Shown piece by piece: positions 20,432 through 29,041 of a DNA stretch of 32,000 nt. This stretch comes from Methanocaldococcus jannaschii DSM 2661 (GTDB taxonomy: Archaea > AGJL01 > Methanococci > Methanococcales > Methanocaldococcaceae), in assembly GCF_000091665.1 (NCBI RefSeq), contig NC_000909.1:152871-184870 (forward strand), in the 5' to 3' direction. Both the position numbers and the translations under genes were made by a program. Numbering within the stretch: the stretch's first letter is position 1; every line of letters begins with the position of its first letter. The notes below the pieces were generated by a model. That model searched no databases. It saw only the letters and a list, made by a program, of their open reading frames with translations, and had not been told where the DNA came from.

Positions 20432-22153
20432 TTATTTCCTTCCTCTTTGGATTTCATATATCCTTTCAACATCCTCTATAGTGTTTATCTCATTAACTCC
20501 CTTATCAAATCTAAATCTTACAACCCTTGGGAATCTCAAAGCATAGCCACAAGGATATTTATCAGATTTTTGAATTTCTTCATAAGCAACTTCAATAACT
20601 ATCTTTGGTTCTACTTCAACCTCTTCACCTAAATCTCTAATAATAATTTTATCAATCTCTTCTTTCAAAAACTCTAAATCTGCCTCAGTTAGTCCAGTCC
20701 CTACATGTCCAATAGGGTAGAGGTTCCCTTCCTCATCTCTAACACATATTTCAAATGAACCATACCAATCCTTTCTCTTCCCCATCCCTCTCTTTGCCTT
20801 TGTAATTACGACATCTAAACTCTCAAGAGTTGGTTTAAATTTATACATTGTTCTAACTCTACTTCCTGGGGTATAAGGAGCCTTTAAATTTTTAATCATA
20901 ACTCCCTCATGCCCAATAGATAGAGACCAGTTATAAAATTCTCTTGCCTCTTTTGCATCGTTTGTGACTAATTTATAGGATATATCAATTATTTTATCTG
21001 ATTTAAGCTCTTTCTCTATCCTCTTTCTTTCAGTTCTCCAATCATTCTCATAACCAACAATTTCCTCTAAAACTTTTCTTCTCTTTTCAAATTCCTCATC
21101 TATAAATGATACTCCATCTTTATAAAGAATATCAAACAAATAAACTCTCAAATTTATTTCCTTCATCATCTTTCCAATATCATACTTTCTCCTAAATCTT
21201 CTAAGTATATCTTGGAAAGGTCTTGGCTTTCCTGTTTGTTTATCTATAGCTACACACTCCCCTTCAACAATTAATTTATCTACATTAATATTTTTTACCG
21301 CCTCAACAATCTCTGGAAGGGCATTTGTAACATCCTCCAATCTCCTGCTATATATCTTAACTTTATTTCCATCCTTATGTATTTGAACTCTTGCTCCATC
21401 ATACTTTGTTTCAAATTGAGCTCTGCCCATCTCCAATAATGCCTCTTCAATTGAAGGAGTTAATTGAGCCAACATTGGTTTTATTGGTCTAAATAATTTT
21501 AATTTTAGCTCCTCACTTTCTAAATCTCCCATTAATAATTTCTCAGCTAAAAGCCCAATATCATTGGTTATAGCATATATCTTCTCAAGTTTTTCCTTTG
21601 GAACATTGAAATAAACTGACAAAGCATCTAATATAGTTGGAACATTCATCCCTATCCTCATATCTTCCAAAATTAACCTTGCCAAATACCTGCACTCTAT
21701 TGGTGAAGCTCTTAAAAAGAGACTACTTATTAACCTCAACTTTTTCTTTTGAGAACCTTCTCCCTCTATCTCCCCAACCCTCTTTAAGGTTTCATAAACC
21801 TCATCTACAGTTAATGGCTGAAAAAATAAAGATGCTTGCTTAATCTTTGATTTTAATTGCTCTATTGCCAATCCAATATCTCCCGTCTCTTTAATTTTCT
21901 CTAACAATTCATCTTTCTTAATTCCTATAGATGTAACAGCATTTATTAAAAGTTTTTCTCCAATTCCTAACTCTCTCTCATCGTATTCGGGATAAACCCT
22001 CCCTATAGCCATATAACAAATCTTTTTTAAATCCTCTGGCTTCCCTTTCTCTTTAACCATGTCAATTAATTTTATAAAATAATCTCTCTTTTCCAACCTT
22101 TTTGTTGTTTTTTCAATTTTATTAAATATTTCACAAACATCTCTCCAAAGCAT
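20432..22153 (-). CDS. lig: ATP-dependent DNA ligase
   Basis: 573 aa with the adenylation motif ETKYDGARVQIH (KxDG), then EGECV and other ligase motifs. A GGTGA SD is present. Confidence 0.93.
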   Translation of the reverse strand: MLWRDVCEIFNKIEKTTKRLEKRDYFIKLIDMVKEKGKPEDLKKICYMAIGRVYPEYDERELGIGEKLLINAVTSIGIKKDELLEKIKETGDIGLAIEQLKSKIKQASLFFQPLTVDEVYETLKRVGEIEGEGSQKKKLRLISSLFLRASPIECRYLARLILEDMRIGMNVPTILDALSVYFNVPKEKLEKIYAITNDIGLLAEKLLMGDLESEELKLKLFRPIKPMLAQLTPSIEEALLEMGRAQFETKYDGARVQIHKDGNKVKIYSRRLEDVTNALPEIVEAVKNINVDKLIVEGECVAIDKQTGKPRPFQDILRRFRRKYDIGKMMKEINLRVYLFDILYKDGVSFIDEEFEKRRKVLEEIVGYENDWRTERKRIEKELKSDKIIDISYKLVTNDAKEAREFYNWSLSIGHEGVMIKNLKAPYTPGSRVRTMYKFKPTLESLDVVITKAKRGMGKRKDWYGSFEICVRDEEGNLYPIGHVGTGLTEADLEFLKEEIDKIIIRDLGEEVEVEPKIVIEVAYEEIQKSDKYPCGYALRFPRVVRFRFDKGVNEINTIEDVERIYEIQRGRK

Positions 22154-22309
22154 TATTTCACCATAAAAATATATATTATGAAATTTTATTATCTTGGCTC
22201 TAATTAAAATTGTTTCTCATTTTTAATCTTAGTTAATATGTCATTAACTATCCACTCAAAAATAAAACAGAATAAAATAAAAGAGATAATAATTTATCTT
22301 ATTATCATT

Positions 22310-22957
22310 TTACCCTTGGAATCCTTCTTTACCAACTAAAGGAACAAATGCCACTGGCCCACAGTCCTTTATTATTATCTCATCTCCTCTCTTTTCAGCT
22401 AAAACTAATCTTTGTAGATACCTACCAACAGGCATTAATAACTTTCCCCCATCTTTTAATTGCCTTATTAATGGTTCTGGGATTTTTGGACCTGCTGCAG
22501 TTGTATATATCCTATCATAAGGGGCTAATGGCTCATACCCTAAAGTTCCATCTCCCACTATTACAATAACGTTATCGTATCCCAATTTCCTTAAAGTTCT
22601 CTCTGCTTTTTCAGCCAATTCTGGAATTCTCTCAATACTAACAACTAAACCATCCTCCCCCACAATCTCAGCAGTTACTGCCGCGTGATAACCACAACCA
22701 GTCCCAATCTCTAAAACTTTCATTCCTGGCTTTAAATCTAAAAGCTCACACATCATTCCAACCATATGAATGGCTGAAATAGTCTGCCCATAACCAATCT
22801 CTAATGGAGTATCTACATACGCATATTCCTTTAAATGCTCTGGAAGAAATTCCTCCCTTGGAACTTTTAATAGAGCATCAATTACTCTTTTACTTTTTAT
22901 ATACCCCTCCCTAATTAATTTCTCAATTACTGCTTTCTTTTGTTCTTCTAAATCCAT
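22310..22957 (-). CDS. pcm: Protein-L-isoaspartate O-methyltransferase
   Basis: 215 aa with SAM motif [14 protein letters not shown] and the upstream QTISAIHMV. Confidence 0.92.
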
Positions 22958-23030
22958 AATTTCACCAAATATAATCTATATAAGGTAGCTTATATAAATG
23001 TTTAATATAATGTTAATTATAAGAAATTAC

Positions 23031-23051
23031 CACCAAAATAATTATTTGGTG
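23031..23051 (+). promoter_or_regulatory. Inverted repeat overlapping the tfx Shine-Dalgarno sequence
   Basis: In CACCAAA-ATAATTA-TTTGGTG, the right arm contains the GGTG SD 6 nt before ATG 23058. Confidence 0.35.
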
Positions 23052-23057
23052 TTATGC

Positions 23058-23471
23058 ATGGTTGAGGATTCATTCTTAACAGACACACAAATTAAGGTTT
23101 TAAAATTGAGAAAAAAAGGATTAACCCAAGAAGAAATAGCAAAAATGCTTGGAACAAGTAGAGCCAACATAAGTATGATTGAAAAAAGGGCAAAAGAAAA
23201 TATAAAGAAGGCATATAACACAATAAAGATTTATAATAGGATAATGGCTCCACTATCTATTGAAATTGAAGAAGGGACTGATGTTTTAGAAATTCCAGAT
23301 ATTGTATTTAAAAAAGCTGATGAAGAAGGTATAAAAGTGAAATACAATACCTTAGAGCTCATTGAGCTTATAAAAGAAAATGCTTCAGAATTTATAGAAA
23401 AAAGAACAGTTAAAAAGAAATTTAAAATATACATCCTTGAAAATGGGGACTTAGATGTTGGAGGGAGCTAA
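23058..23471 (+). CDS. tfx: Tfx-family DNA-binding transcriptional regulator
   Basis: It has the LuxR/sigma-70 region-4-like HTH FLTDTQIKVLKLRKKGLTQEEIAKMLGTSRANISMIEKRAKENI. The start is moved to ATG 23058. Confidence 0.8.
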   Translation: MVEDSFLTDTQIKVLKLRKKGLTQEEIAKMLGTSRANISMIEKRAKENIKKAYNTIKIYNRIMAPLSIEIEEGTDVLEIPDIVFKKADEEGIKVKYNTLELIELIKENASEFIEKRTVKKKFKIYILENGDLDVGGS

Positions 23472-24515
23472 ATGAAAATTATAGAAGAAATTCCACAGAA
23501 AAATATTATTAAGCTTATGCCTGAAAACTTAGATGATTTATGGGTCTTATATAACATTATTGAAGAAGGAGATAAGATATTTGCAGTTACTGAGAGAAGA
23601 GTGCAGGATAAAGGAGACGTTATTAGAGCAGACAGAGGAGCCAAAAGAAAAATGTTTTTAGGAATTGAAGTAAAAAACGTAGAATTTGATGAAAACACGA
23701 AAAGAGTTAGAATTTTAGGAACTATAATTCATGGCCCAGACGATGTTCCCCTTGGCAGTCATCATACAATTGAAATTAAACCATTTGATGAGCTTTCAAT
23801 TGAAAAAAATTGGAAAAAATGGCAGATAGAGAGAATAAAGGAAGCTATTGAATCATCTAAAAGACCTAAGGTTTTAGTTGTTGTTATGGATGATGAAGAA
23901 GCAGATATCTTTGAAGTTAGAGACTACAGCATAAAAGAAATTTGCTCAATAAAATCTCACACTTCAAAAAAATTGGATTATAAAATTAACGAAGAGTTAA
24001 AAAAAGAGTATTATCATGAAATAGCTAAGGTTTTGTCAGAGTATGATGTTGATAATATTTTGGTCGCAGGGCCAGGATTTGCAAAAAATAGCTTTTATAA
24101 TTTTATTTCCTCTCAATACCCAGAGCTTAAAAATAAAATAGTTGTGGAGAGCATATCAACAACCTCAAGAGCTGGATTAAATGAGGTTATTAAAAGAGGA
24201 ATTATTAATAGAATATATGCTGAATCAAGGGTTGCAAAAGAAACACAATTGATAGAAAAGCTTTTGGAAGAGATTGCTAAAAAGGGATTGGCTGTTTATG
24301 GTATTGATGAAGTAAAAAAAGCTTTAGAATATTCAGCTATAGACACATTATTAGTTTCAGATAGCTTAGTAAGAAATCATGAGATAGAAAAAATAATAGA
24401 TACTACTGAAGAGATGGGTGGGAAGGTAGTTATCGTTTCCTCTGAACATGATGCTGGAAAGCAATTAAAAGCCTTAGGAGGAATAGCCGGTTTATTAAGA
24501 TTCCCTATTGAATAA
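23472..24515 (+). CDS. pelA: Pelota (Dom34 homologue, ribosome rescue factor)
   Basis: 347 aa with an eRF1-like three-domain pattern and an N-terminus MKIIEE...LMPENLDDLWVLYNII. The start codon abuts the tfx stop. Confidence 0.9.
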   Translation: MKIIEEIPQKNIIKLMPENLDDLWVLYNIIEEGDKIFAVTERRVQDKGDVIRADRGAKRKMFLGIEVKNVEFDENTKRVRILGTIIHGPDDVPLGSHHTIEIKPFDELSIEKNWKKWQIERIKEAIESSKRPKVLVVVMDDEEADIFEVRDYSIKEICSIKSHTSKKLDYKINEELKKEYYHEIAKVLSEYDVDNILVAGPGFAKNSFYNFISSQYPELKNKIVVESISTTSRAGLNEVIKRGIINRIYAESRVAKETQLIEKLLEEIAKKGLAVYGIDEVKKALEYSAIDTLLVSDSLVRNHEIEKIIDTTEEMGGKVVIVSSEHDAGKQLKALGGIAGLLRFPIE

Positions 24516-24524
24516 TTACTCTTG

Positions 24525-24620
24525 AATAGGACTTTCGCAGTTTATATATTGAATTTGGAATTTAGATGCCTAAAAGGCATCATTTTCCTTATAGAGATTT
24601 ATTCCTGCGAAAGTCCTATT
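24525..24620 (+). repeat. TIR element copy C (96 bp) between convergent pelota and translin-like genes
   Basis: Perfect 16-bp TIR, AATAGGACTTTCGCAG (24525-24540) and CTGCGAAAGTCCTATT (24605-24620). TTTATATA lies at 24541-24548 and ATGC at 24566-24569. Hairpin GATGCCT-AAA-AGGCATC at 24565-24581 is followed by TTTT. Confidence 0.8.
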
Positions 24621-25216
24621 TGAACTCTTTTTAAATGTTCTCTAAGCTTAAGATTTTGAATAAAAGTAACAATATCTCCATGGGTTTTTTCTAAGATTCC
24701 TCTACTAATATCCTGCTTCCTTCTCAAATTATCCACTACGTGATAATAATCAAAGTTCATTAAAAATTCATATAAATCTTCCATAAATTTGAAATACCTT
24801 TCAACCTCTGCTAAATTATCATTTTTCATTGCCTCTAATACCTCTCTCCTCAACTCTCCAATCACATCAGCTAATCCTAAGATGTAGTTCTCTTCTTTAA
24901 TAAAATCAAGCTCTTTGAAACTTGGAATCTTATTATCAAACTTTATCATATACAAAGATAATGCCTCAACAAATTCCTGTTGAGGGGTAGATAAATATCC
25001 AACAAACTCTGGGAATGTTGCTAAACTATTTAGTTTTTTAATTTTTTCTGATATCTCATTTAATTTGTCTTTAAACTCATCTTTATCGTCTGATTTGTGA
25101 ATTTTTCTAATTAACATTGCACAATCTCTTGTTATTTCCCTTGATAACTTTAAAATTTCTTCTCTAACACTATCTTTATTTGCAAGGTAGTTTATTAGAT
25201 AATTTAGCTCATCCAT
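24599..25216 (-). CDS. Translin-family protein
   Basis: SVREEILKLSREITRDCAMLIRKIH... and NYILGLADVIGELRREVLEAM...YFKFMEDLYEFL parallel the translin helices. The start is set at ATG 25216 behind a GGTGGT SD. The last 7 codons and the stop lie inside TIR element C. Confidence 0.7.
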   Translation of the reverse strand: MDELNYLINYLANKDSVREEILKLSREITRDCAMLIRKIHKSDDKDEFKDKLNEISEKIKKLNSLATFPEFVGYLSTPQQEFVEALSLYMIKFDNKIPSFKELDFIKEENYILGLADVIGELRREVLEAMKNDNLAEVERYFKFMEDLYEFLMNFDYYHVVDNLRRKQDISRGILEKTHGDIVTFIQNLKLREHLKRVQIGLSQE

Positions 25217-25316
25217 TGCTACCACCAAAAATTTTATATACCCTATTGTTAGTATTTGTTTATACACTCCTTTTCTTTTATTACACTAATCCGTTATTAA
25301 TTTATACCTCAAATAA

Positions 25317-25358
25317 TGCAAACCTGAAAAGCCCGGGTAGGGCAATGACAGGTTTGCA
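25317..25358. other. Composite hairpin (10-bp stem, internal loop, GC clamp)
   Basis: TGCAAACCTG-AAAA-GCCC-GGGTA-GGGC-AATGA-CAGGTTTGCA. Confidence 0.6.
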
Positions 25359-25361
25359 AAA

Positions 25362-25465
25362 TATAGTGTCTTCCAAAATCAATAAAATTAATTTAAGGAA
25401 CATTGAACGCCTTTAAGGCGTTCATTAATACCTTAGTTATTTCAAAAGTTTTGAAAGACACTATA
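25362..25465. repeat. 104-bp long imperfect palindrome (MITE-like or cruciform)
   Basis: The outer arms TATAGTGTCTTCCAAAA and TTTTGAAAGACACTATA are complementary at 16 of 17 positions. The inner hairpin is TGAACGCC-TTTAA-GGCGTTCA (25404-25424), flanked by AAGG../..CCTT. Confidence 0.6.
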
Positions 25466-25474
25466 AAAAAGCTA

Positions 25475-25500
25475 TTTAGATATTAAACCAAACAAAACAC
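25475..25500 (+). promoter_or_regulatory. Candidate L3-operon promoter module (TTTAGATA box plus CAAACAAAACAC)
   Basis: TTTAGATATTAAACCAAACAAAACAC has a near-duplicate upstream of S19 (28473-28501). Confidence 0.4.
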
Positions 25501-25549
25501 TCAAATAAAAGATTTTAAAGATATCAATAAATATGCTGGAGGTTAGATT

Positions 25550-26557
25550 ATGGGGTTAAATATTAACAGACCAAGAAGAGGTTCATTAGCATTCAGTCCA
25601 AGAAAAAGAGCAAAAAGACCAGTTCCAAGAATTAGAAGCTGGCCAGAAGAGGATACAGTAAGGTTACAGGCATTTCCAGTATATAAAGCAGGAATGAGCC
25701 ATGCATTTATTAAAGAAGATAATCCAAAAAGTCCAAATGCTGGACAGGAGGTATTTACTCCAATCACAATATTAGAAGCTCCACCAATCAACGTATGTGC
25801 TATAAGAGTTTATGGAAGAAATGAAAGAAACTACTTAACAACATTAACAGAAGTTTGGGCAGACAACTTAGACAAAGAATTAGAAAGAAAAATTAAACTC
25901 CCTAAAAAAGAAGACAGAAAGACCGTTGAAGATTTAGAAGCATTAAAAGACAAAATTGAAGATGTTAGAGTTCTCGTTCATACAAATCCAAAATTAACAT
26001 GCCTTCCAAAGAAAAAACCAGAAATCTTAGAAATTAGAATTGGAGGAAAAGATATTGAAGAAAGATTAAACTACGCTAAAGAGATTTTAGGTAAGCAGTT
26101 AAACATTACAGATGTCTTCCAAGAAGGAGAGTTAGTCGATACAATTGGAGTTACAAAAGGTAAAGGATTCCAAGGACAAGTTAAAAGATGGGGAGTTAAA
26201 ATACAATTTGGTAAGCACGCAAGAAAAGGAGTAGGAAGACACGTTGGTTCTATTGGTCCATGGCAACCAAAGATGGTTATGTGGAGTGTTCCAATGCCAG
26301 GTCAAATGGGATACCACCAAAGAACTGAATACAACAAGAGAATATTAAAGATTGGAAACAATGGGGATGAAATTACACCAAAAGGTGGATTCTTACACTA
26401 CGGGGTTATAAGAAACAACTATGTTGTATTAAAAGGTTCAGTTCAAGGGCCTGCAAAGAGATTAATTGTATTAAGAAGAGCTATAAGACCACAGGAGCCA
26501 TTAATCAAAGTACCTGAAATTACATACATAAGTACAACATCAAAGCAAGGTAAGTAA
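25550..26557 (+). CDS. rpl3: 50S ribosomal protein L3 (uL3)
   Basis: 335 aa with a GGAGGT SD. It has typical archaeal uL3 sequence ([11 protein letters not shown]..., [13 protein letters not shown]). Confidence 0.95.
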   Translation: MGLNINRPRRGSLAFSPRKRAKRPVPRIRSWPEEDTVRLQAFPVYKAGMSHAFIKEDNPKSPNAGQEVFTPITILEAPPINVCAIRVYGRNERNYLTTLTEVWADNLDKELERKIKLPKKEDRKTVEDLEALKDKIEDVRVLVHTNPKLTCLPKKKPEILEIRIGGKDIEERLNYAKEILGKQLNITDVFQEGELVDTIGVTKGKGFQGQVKRWGVKIQFGKHARKGVGRHVGSIGPWQPKMVMWSVPMPGQMGYHQRTEYNKRILKIGNNGDEITPKGGFLHYGVIRNNYVVLKGSVQGPAKRLIVLRRAIRPQEPLIKVPEITYISTTSKQGK

Positions 26558-26598
26558 ATAAAATACTTTAAAATAATTGAGAGAGAAGGTGAATAATA

Positions 26599-27357
26599 AT
26601 GAAGGCTGTTGTTTATAATTTAAATGGAGAGGCAGTAAAAGAAATTGACTTACCAGCAGTATTTGAAGAAGAATACAGACCAGATTTAATTAAGAGAGCT
26701 TTCTTATCTGCATTTACAGCAAGATTACAGCCAAAAGGTTCAGACCCATTGGCAGGATTAAGAACAAGTGCTAAAAACATTGGTAAAGGACACGGTAGGG
26801 CAAGAGTAGATAGAGTTCCACAAGGATGGGCTGCAAGAGTTCCACAAGCAGTTGGTGGAAGAAGAGCACACCCACCAAAAGTTGAGAAAATATTATGGGA
26901 AAGAGTAAATAAAAAAGAAAGAATTAAAGCAATAAAGAGTGCTATTGCAGCTACAGCAAACCCTGAATTAGTTAAAGAAAGAGGACATGTCTTTGAGACT
27001 GAAAATCTCCCAATTATTGTTGAAAGTTCATTTGAAGAGTTGCAAAAAACAAAAGATGTATTTGCAGTATTTGAAAAATTAGGAATCAGTGATGATGTTA
27101 TAAGAGCTAAGAACGGAATTAAGATTAGAGCTGGAAAAGGTAAGATGAGAGGAAGAAAATACAAAAAACCAAGAAGTATCTTAGTTGTTGTTGGAGATAA
27201 ATGCAACGCTATATTGGCTTCAAGAAACTTACCAGGAGTTGATGTTATAACTGCTAAAGATTTGGGAATTATCCATTTAGCTCCTGGGGGAGTTGCTGGA
27301 AGATTAACCGTATGGACTGAAAGTGCATTAGAGAAATTAAAAGAGAGATTTGAATAA
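26599..27357 (+). CDS. rpl4: 50S ribosomal protein L4 (uL4)
   Basis: 252 aa with an AAGGTGA SD and uL4 motifs ([13 protein letters not shown]..., [10 protein letters not shown]). Confidence 0.95.
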   Translation: MKAVVYNLNGEAVKEIDLPAVFEEEYRPDLIKRAFLSAFTARLQPKGSDPLAGLRTSAKNIGKGHGRARVDRVPQGWAARVPQAVGGRRAHPPKVEKILWERVNKKERIKAIKSAIAATANPELVKERGHVFETENLPIIVESSFEELQKTKDVFAVFEKLGISDDVIRAKNGIKIRAGKGKMRGRKYKKPRSILVVVGDKCNAILASRNLPGVDVITAKDLGIIHLAPGGVAGRLTVWTESALEKLKERFE

Positions 27358-27390
27358 ATAAAATAAAAATGCAGAAACAAGGGGATAAAA

Positions 27391-27651
27391 ATGGATGCCT
27401 TCGATGTAATAAAAGCTCCAGTAGTTACAGAAAAAACTGTTAGAATGATTGAAGAGGAAAACAAATTAGTATTTTACGTTGATAGGAGAGCTACAAAGCA
27501 GGATATAAAGAGAGCTATGAAAGAGTTGTTTGATGTTGAAGTTGAGAAAGTAAATACATTAATAACACCAAAAGGGGAAAAGAAAGCTTACGTTAAGTTG
27601 AAAGAAGGATATGACGCAAGTAAAATAGCAGCAAGCTTAGGAATCTACTAA
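27391..27651 (+). CDS. rpl23: 50S ribosomal protein L23 (uL23)
   Basis: 86 aa: [45 protein letters not shown]. Confidence 0.95.
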   Translation: MDAFDVIKAPVVTEKTVRMIEEENKLVFYVDRRATKQDIKRAMKELFDVEVEKVNTLITPKGEKKAYVKLKEGYDASKIAASLGIY

Positions 27652-27710
27652 ATTAAATAAATTTTTAAATAATTGAAACACTTAAAAATTTATCACAAGT
27701 GGTGGTGAAG

Positions 27711-28439
27711 ATGGGAAAAAGATTAATCTCTCAAAGAAGAGGTAGGGGTTCTTCAGTATATACTTGCCCTTCACACAAAAGAAGGGGAGAAGCAAAATAC
27801 AGAAGATTTGATGAATTAGAGAAAAAAGGAAAAGTTTTAGGTAAAATTGTTGATATATTACACGACCCAGGAAGAAGTGCTCCAGTTGCAAAAGTTGAAT
27901 ACGAAACAGGAGAAGAAGGATTGTTAGTTGTTCCAGAAGGTGTAAAAGTTGGAGATATTATTGAGTGTGGTGTCTCTGCAGAAATAAAGCCAGGAAATAT
28001 CTTACCATTGGGAGCTATTCCAGAGGGAATTCCTGTCTTCAACATAGAAACAGTTCCAGGAGATGGAGGAAAATTAGTTAGAGCAGGAGGTTGTTATGCA
28101 CACATATTGACACACGATGGAGAAAGAACTTATGTTAAATTGCCATCAGGACACATCAAAGCTTTACACTCAATGTGTAGAGCTACAATTGGAGTTGTTG
28201 CTGGTGGAGGAAGAAAAGAGAAACCATTCGTTAAGGCTGGTAAGAAGTATCACGCAATGAAAGCTAAGGCAGTTAAGTGGCCAAGAGTTAGAGGAGTTGC
28301 AATGAACGCTGTCGATCACCCATTCGGTGGAGGAAGACACCAACACACTGGAAAACCAACTACTGTTTCAAGAAAGAAAGTTCCACCAGGAAGAAAGGTT
28401 GGACATATATCTGCAAGAAGAACTGGAGTCAGGAAATAA
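27711..28439 (+). CDS. rpl2: 50S ribosomal protein L2 (uL2)
   Basis: The start is moved from GTG 27699 (inside the GGTGGTGA SD) to ATG 27711. It has the motifs MGKRLISQRRGRGS... and NAVDHPFGGGRHQH. Confidence 0.95.
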   Translation: MGKRLISQRRGRGSSVYTCPSHKRRGEAKYRRFDELEKKGKVLGKIVDILHDPGRSAPVAKVEYETGEEGLLVVPEGVKVGDIIECGVSAEIKPGNILPLGAIPEGIPVFNIETVPGDGGKLVRAGGCYAHILTHDGERTYVKLPSGHIKALHSMCRATIGVVAGGGRKEKPFVKAGKKYHAMKAKAVKWPRVRGVAMNAVDHPFGGGRHQHTGKPTTVSRKKVPPGRKVGHISARRTGVRK

Positions 28440-28472
28440 TTTCCTCTCTTATTTATTAAGTTTTTGAATAAA

Positions 28473-28501
28473 ATTAGATAAAATAAACACAAACAAAACA
28501 C
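28473..28501 (+). promoter_or_regulatory. Candidate internal promoter module upstream of S19
   Basis: ATTAGATAAAATAAACACAAACAAAACAC shares the box and an exact 12-mer, CAAACAAAACAC, with the L3 upstream region. It sits in an 85-bp gap after L2. Confidence 0.35.
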
Positions 28502-28524
28502 ATAATAATTTAAGGTGACTAAAT

Positions 28525-28983
28525 ATGGCATCTGCAAGGAGAAGAAGAATTAAAAAGAAAAAACAAGTAATTTCAAAAAAGATAGAGTTTAGATACAGAG
28601 GATACACATTAGAAGAACTTCAACAAATGCCTTTAAGAGAGTTTGCAAAGTTGTTGCCTGCAAGACAGAGAAGAACATTATTGAGAGGTTTAACCCCACA
28701 ACAGAAAAAATTAGCTATGAAAATTAAAAAAGCAAGAAGATTATTAAACAAAGGTAAAGAACCAAGAATTATAAGAACACACTGCAGAGACTTTGTTATA
28801 ACACCAGATATGGTTGGATTAACCTTTGGTGTCTATAACGGAAAAGAGTTCGTTGAAGTTAAAGTAACTCCAGAAATGATTGGACACTACTTAGGAGAGT
28901 TCTCATTAACAAGAAAACCAGTTCAGCACGGAGCTCCTGGTATGGGAGCTACAAGAAGCTCAATGTTCGTTCCAATCAAGTAA
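28525..28983 (+). CDS. rps19: 30S ribosomal protein S19 (uS19)
   Basis: 152 aa with an AAGGTGA SD and the motifs [42 protein letters not shown]. Confidence 0.95.
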   Translation: MASARRRRIKKKKQVISKKIEFRYRGYTLEELQQMPLREFAKLLPARQRRTLLRGLTPQQKKLAMKIKKARRLLNKGKEPRIIRTHCRDFVITPDMVGLTFGVYNGKEFVEVKVTPEMIGHYLGEFSLTRKPVQHGAPGMGATRSSMFVPIK

Positions 28984-28993
28984 ATTCTTTACC

Positions 28994-29007
28994 TTTCTTT
29001 TTTTATT
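28994..29007 (+). terminator. Oligo-T terminator after S19
   Basis: TTTCTTTTTTTATT includes a T7 run 15 nt after the stop. The next gene is convergent. Confidence 0.5.
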
Positions 29008-29041
29008 AATAGGGGATATTTACTTATTTGGATAAAAGATT

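Noticed and set aside
25311-25362. The 25317-25358 hairpin as a box C/D sRNA or K-turn
   Set aside because: There is no RUGAUGA C box or terminal CUGA D box on either strand. The internal loop AAAA/AATGA lacks the tandem G-A arrangement needed on the non-bulged strand.
26613-27464. 283-aa minus-strand ORF opposite rpl4 and rpl23
   Set aside because: It is antisense to two well-supported ribosomal protein genes. The product is low-complexity (Ser/Phe/Leu/Asn-rich), typical of the reverse frame of Lys/Glu-rich AT-rich coding sequence. The same reasoning applies to the other antisense track ORFs, such as 1192-1746, 11019-11616, 17558-18195 and 31550-31837.
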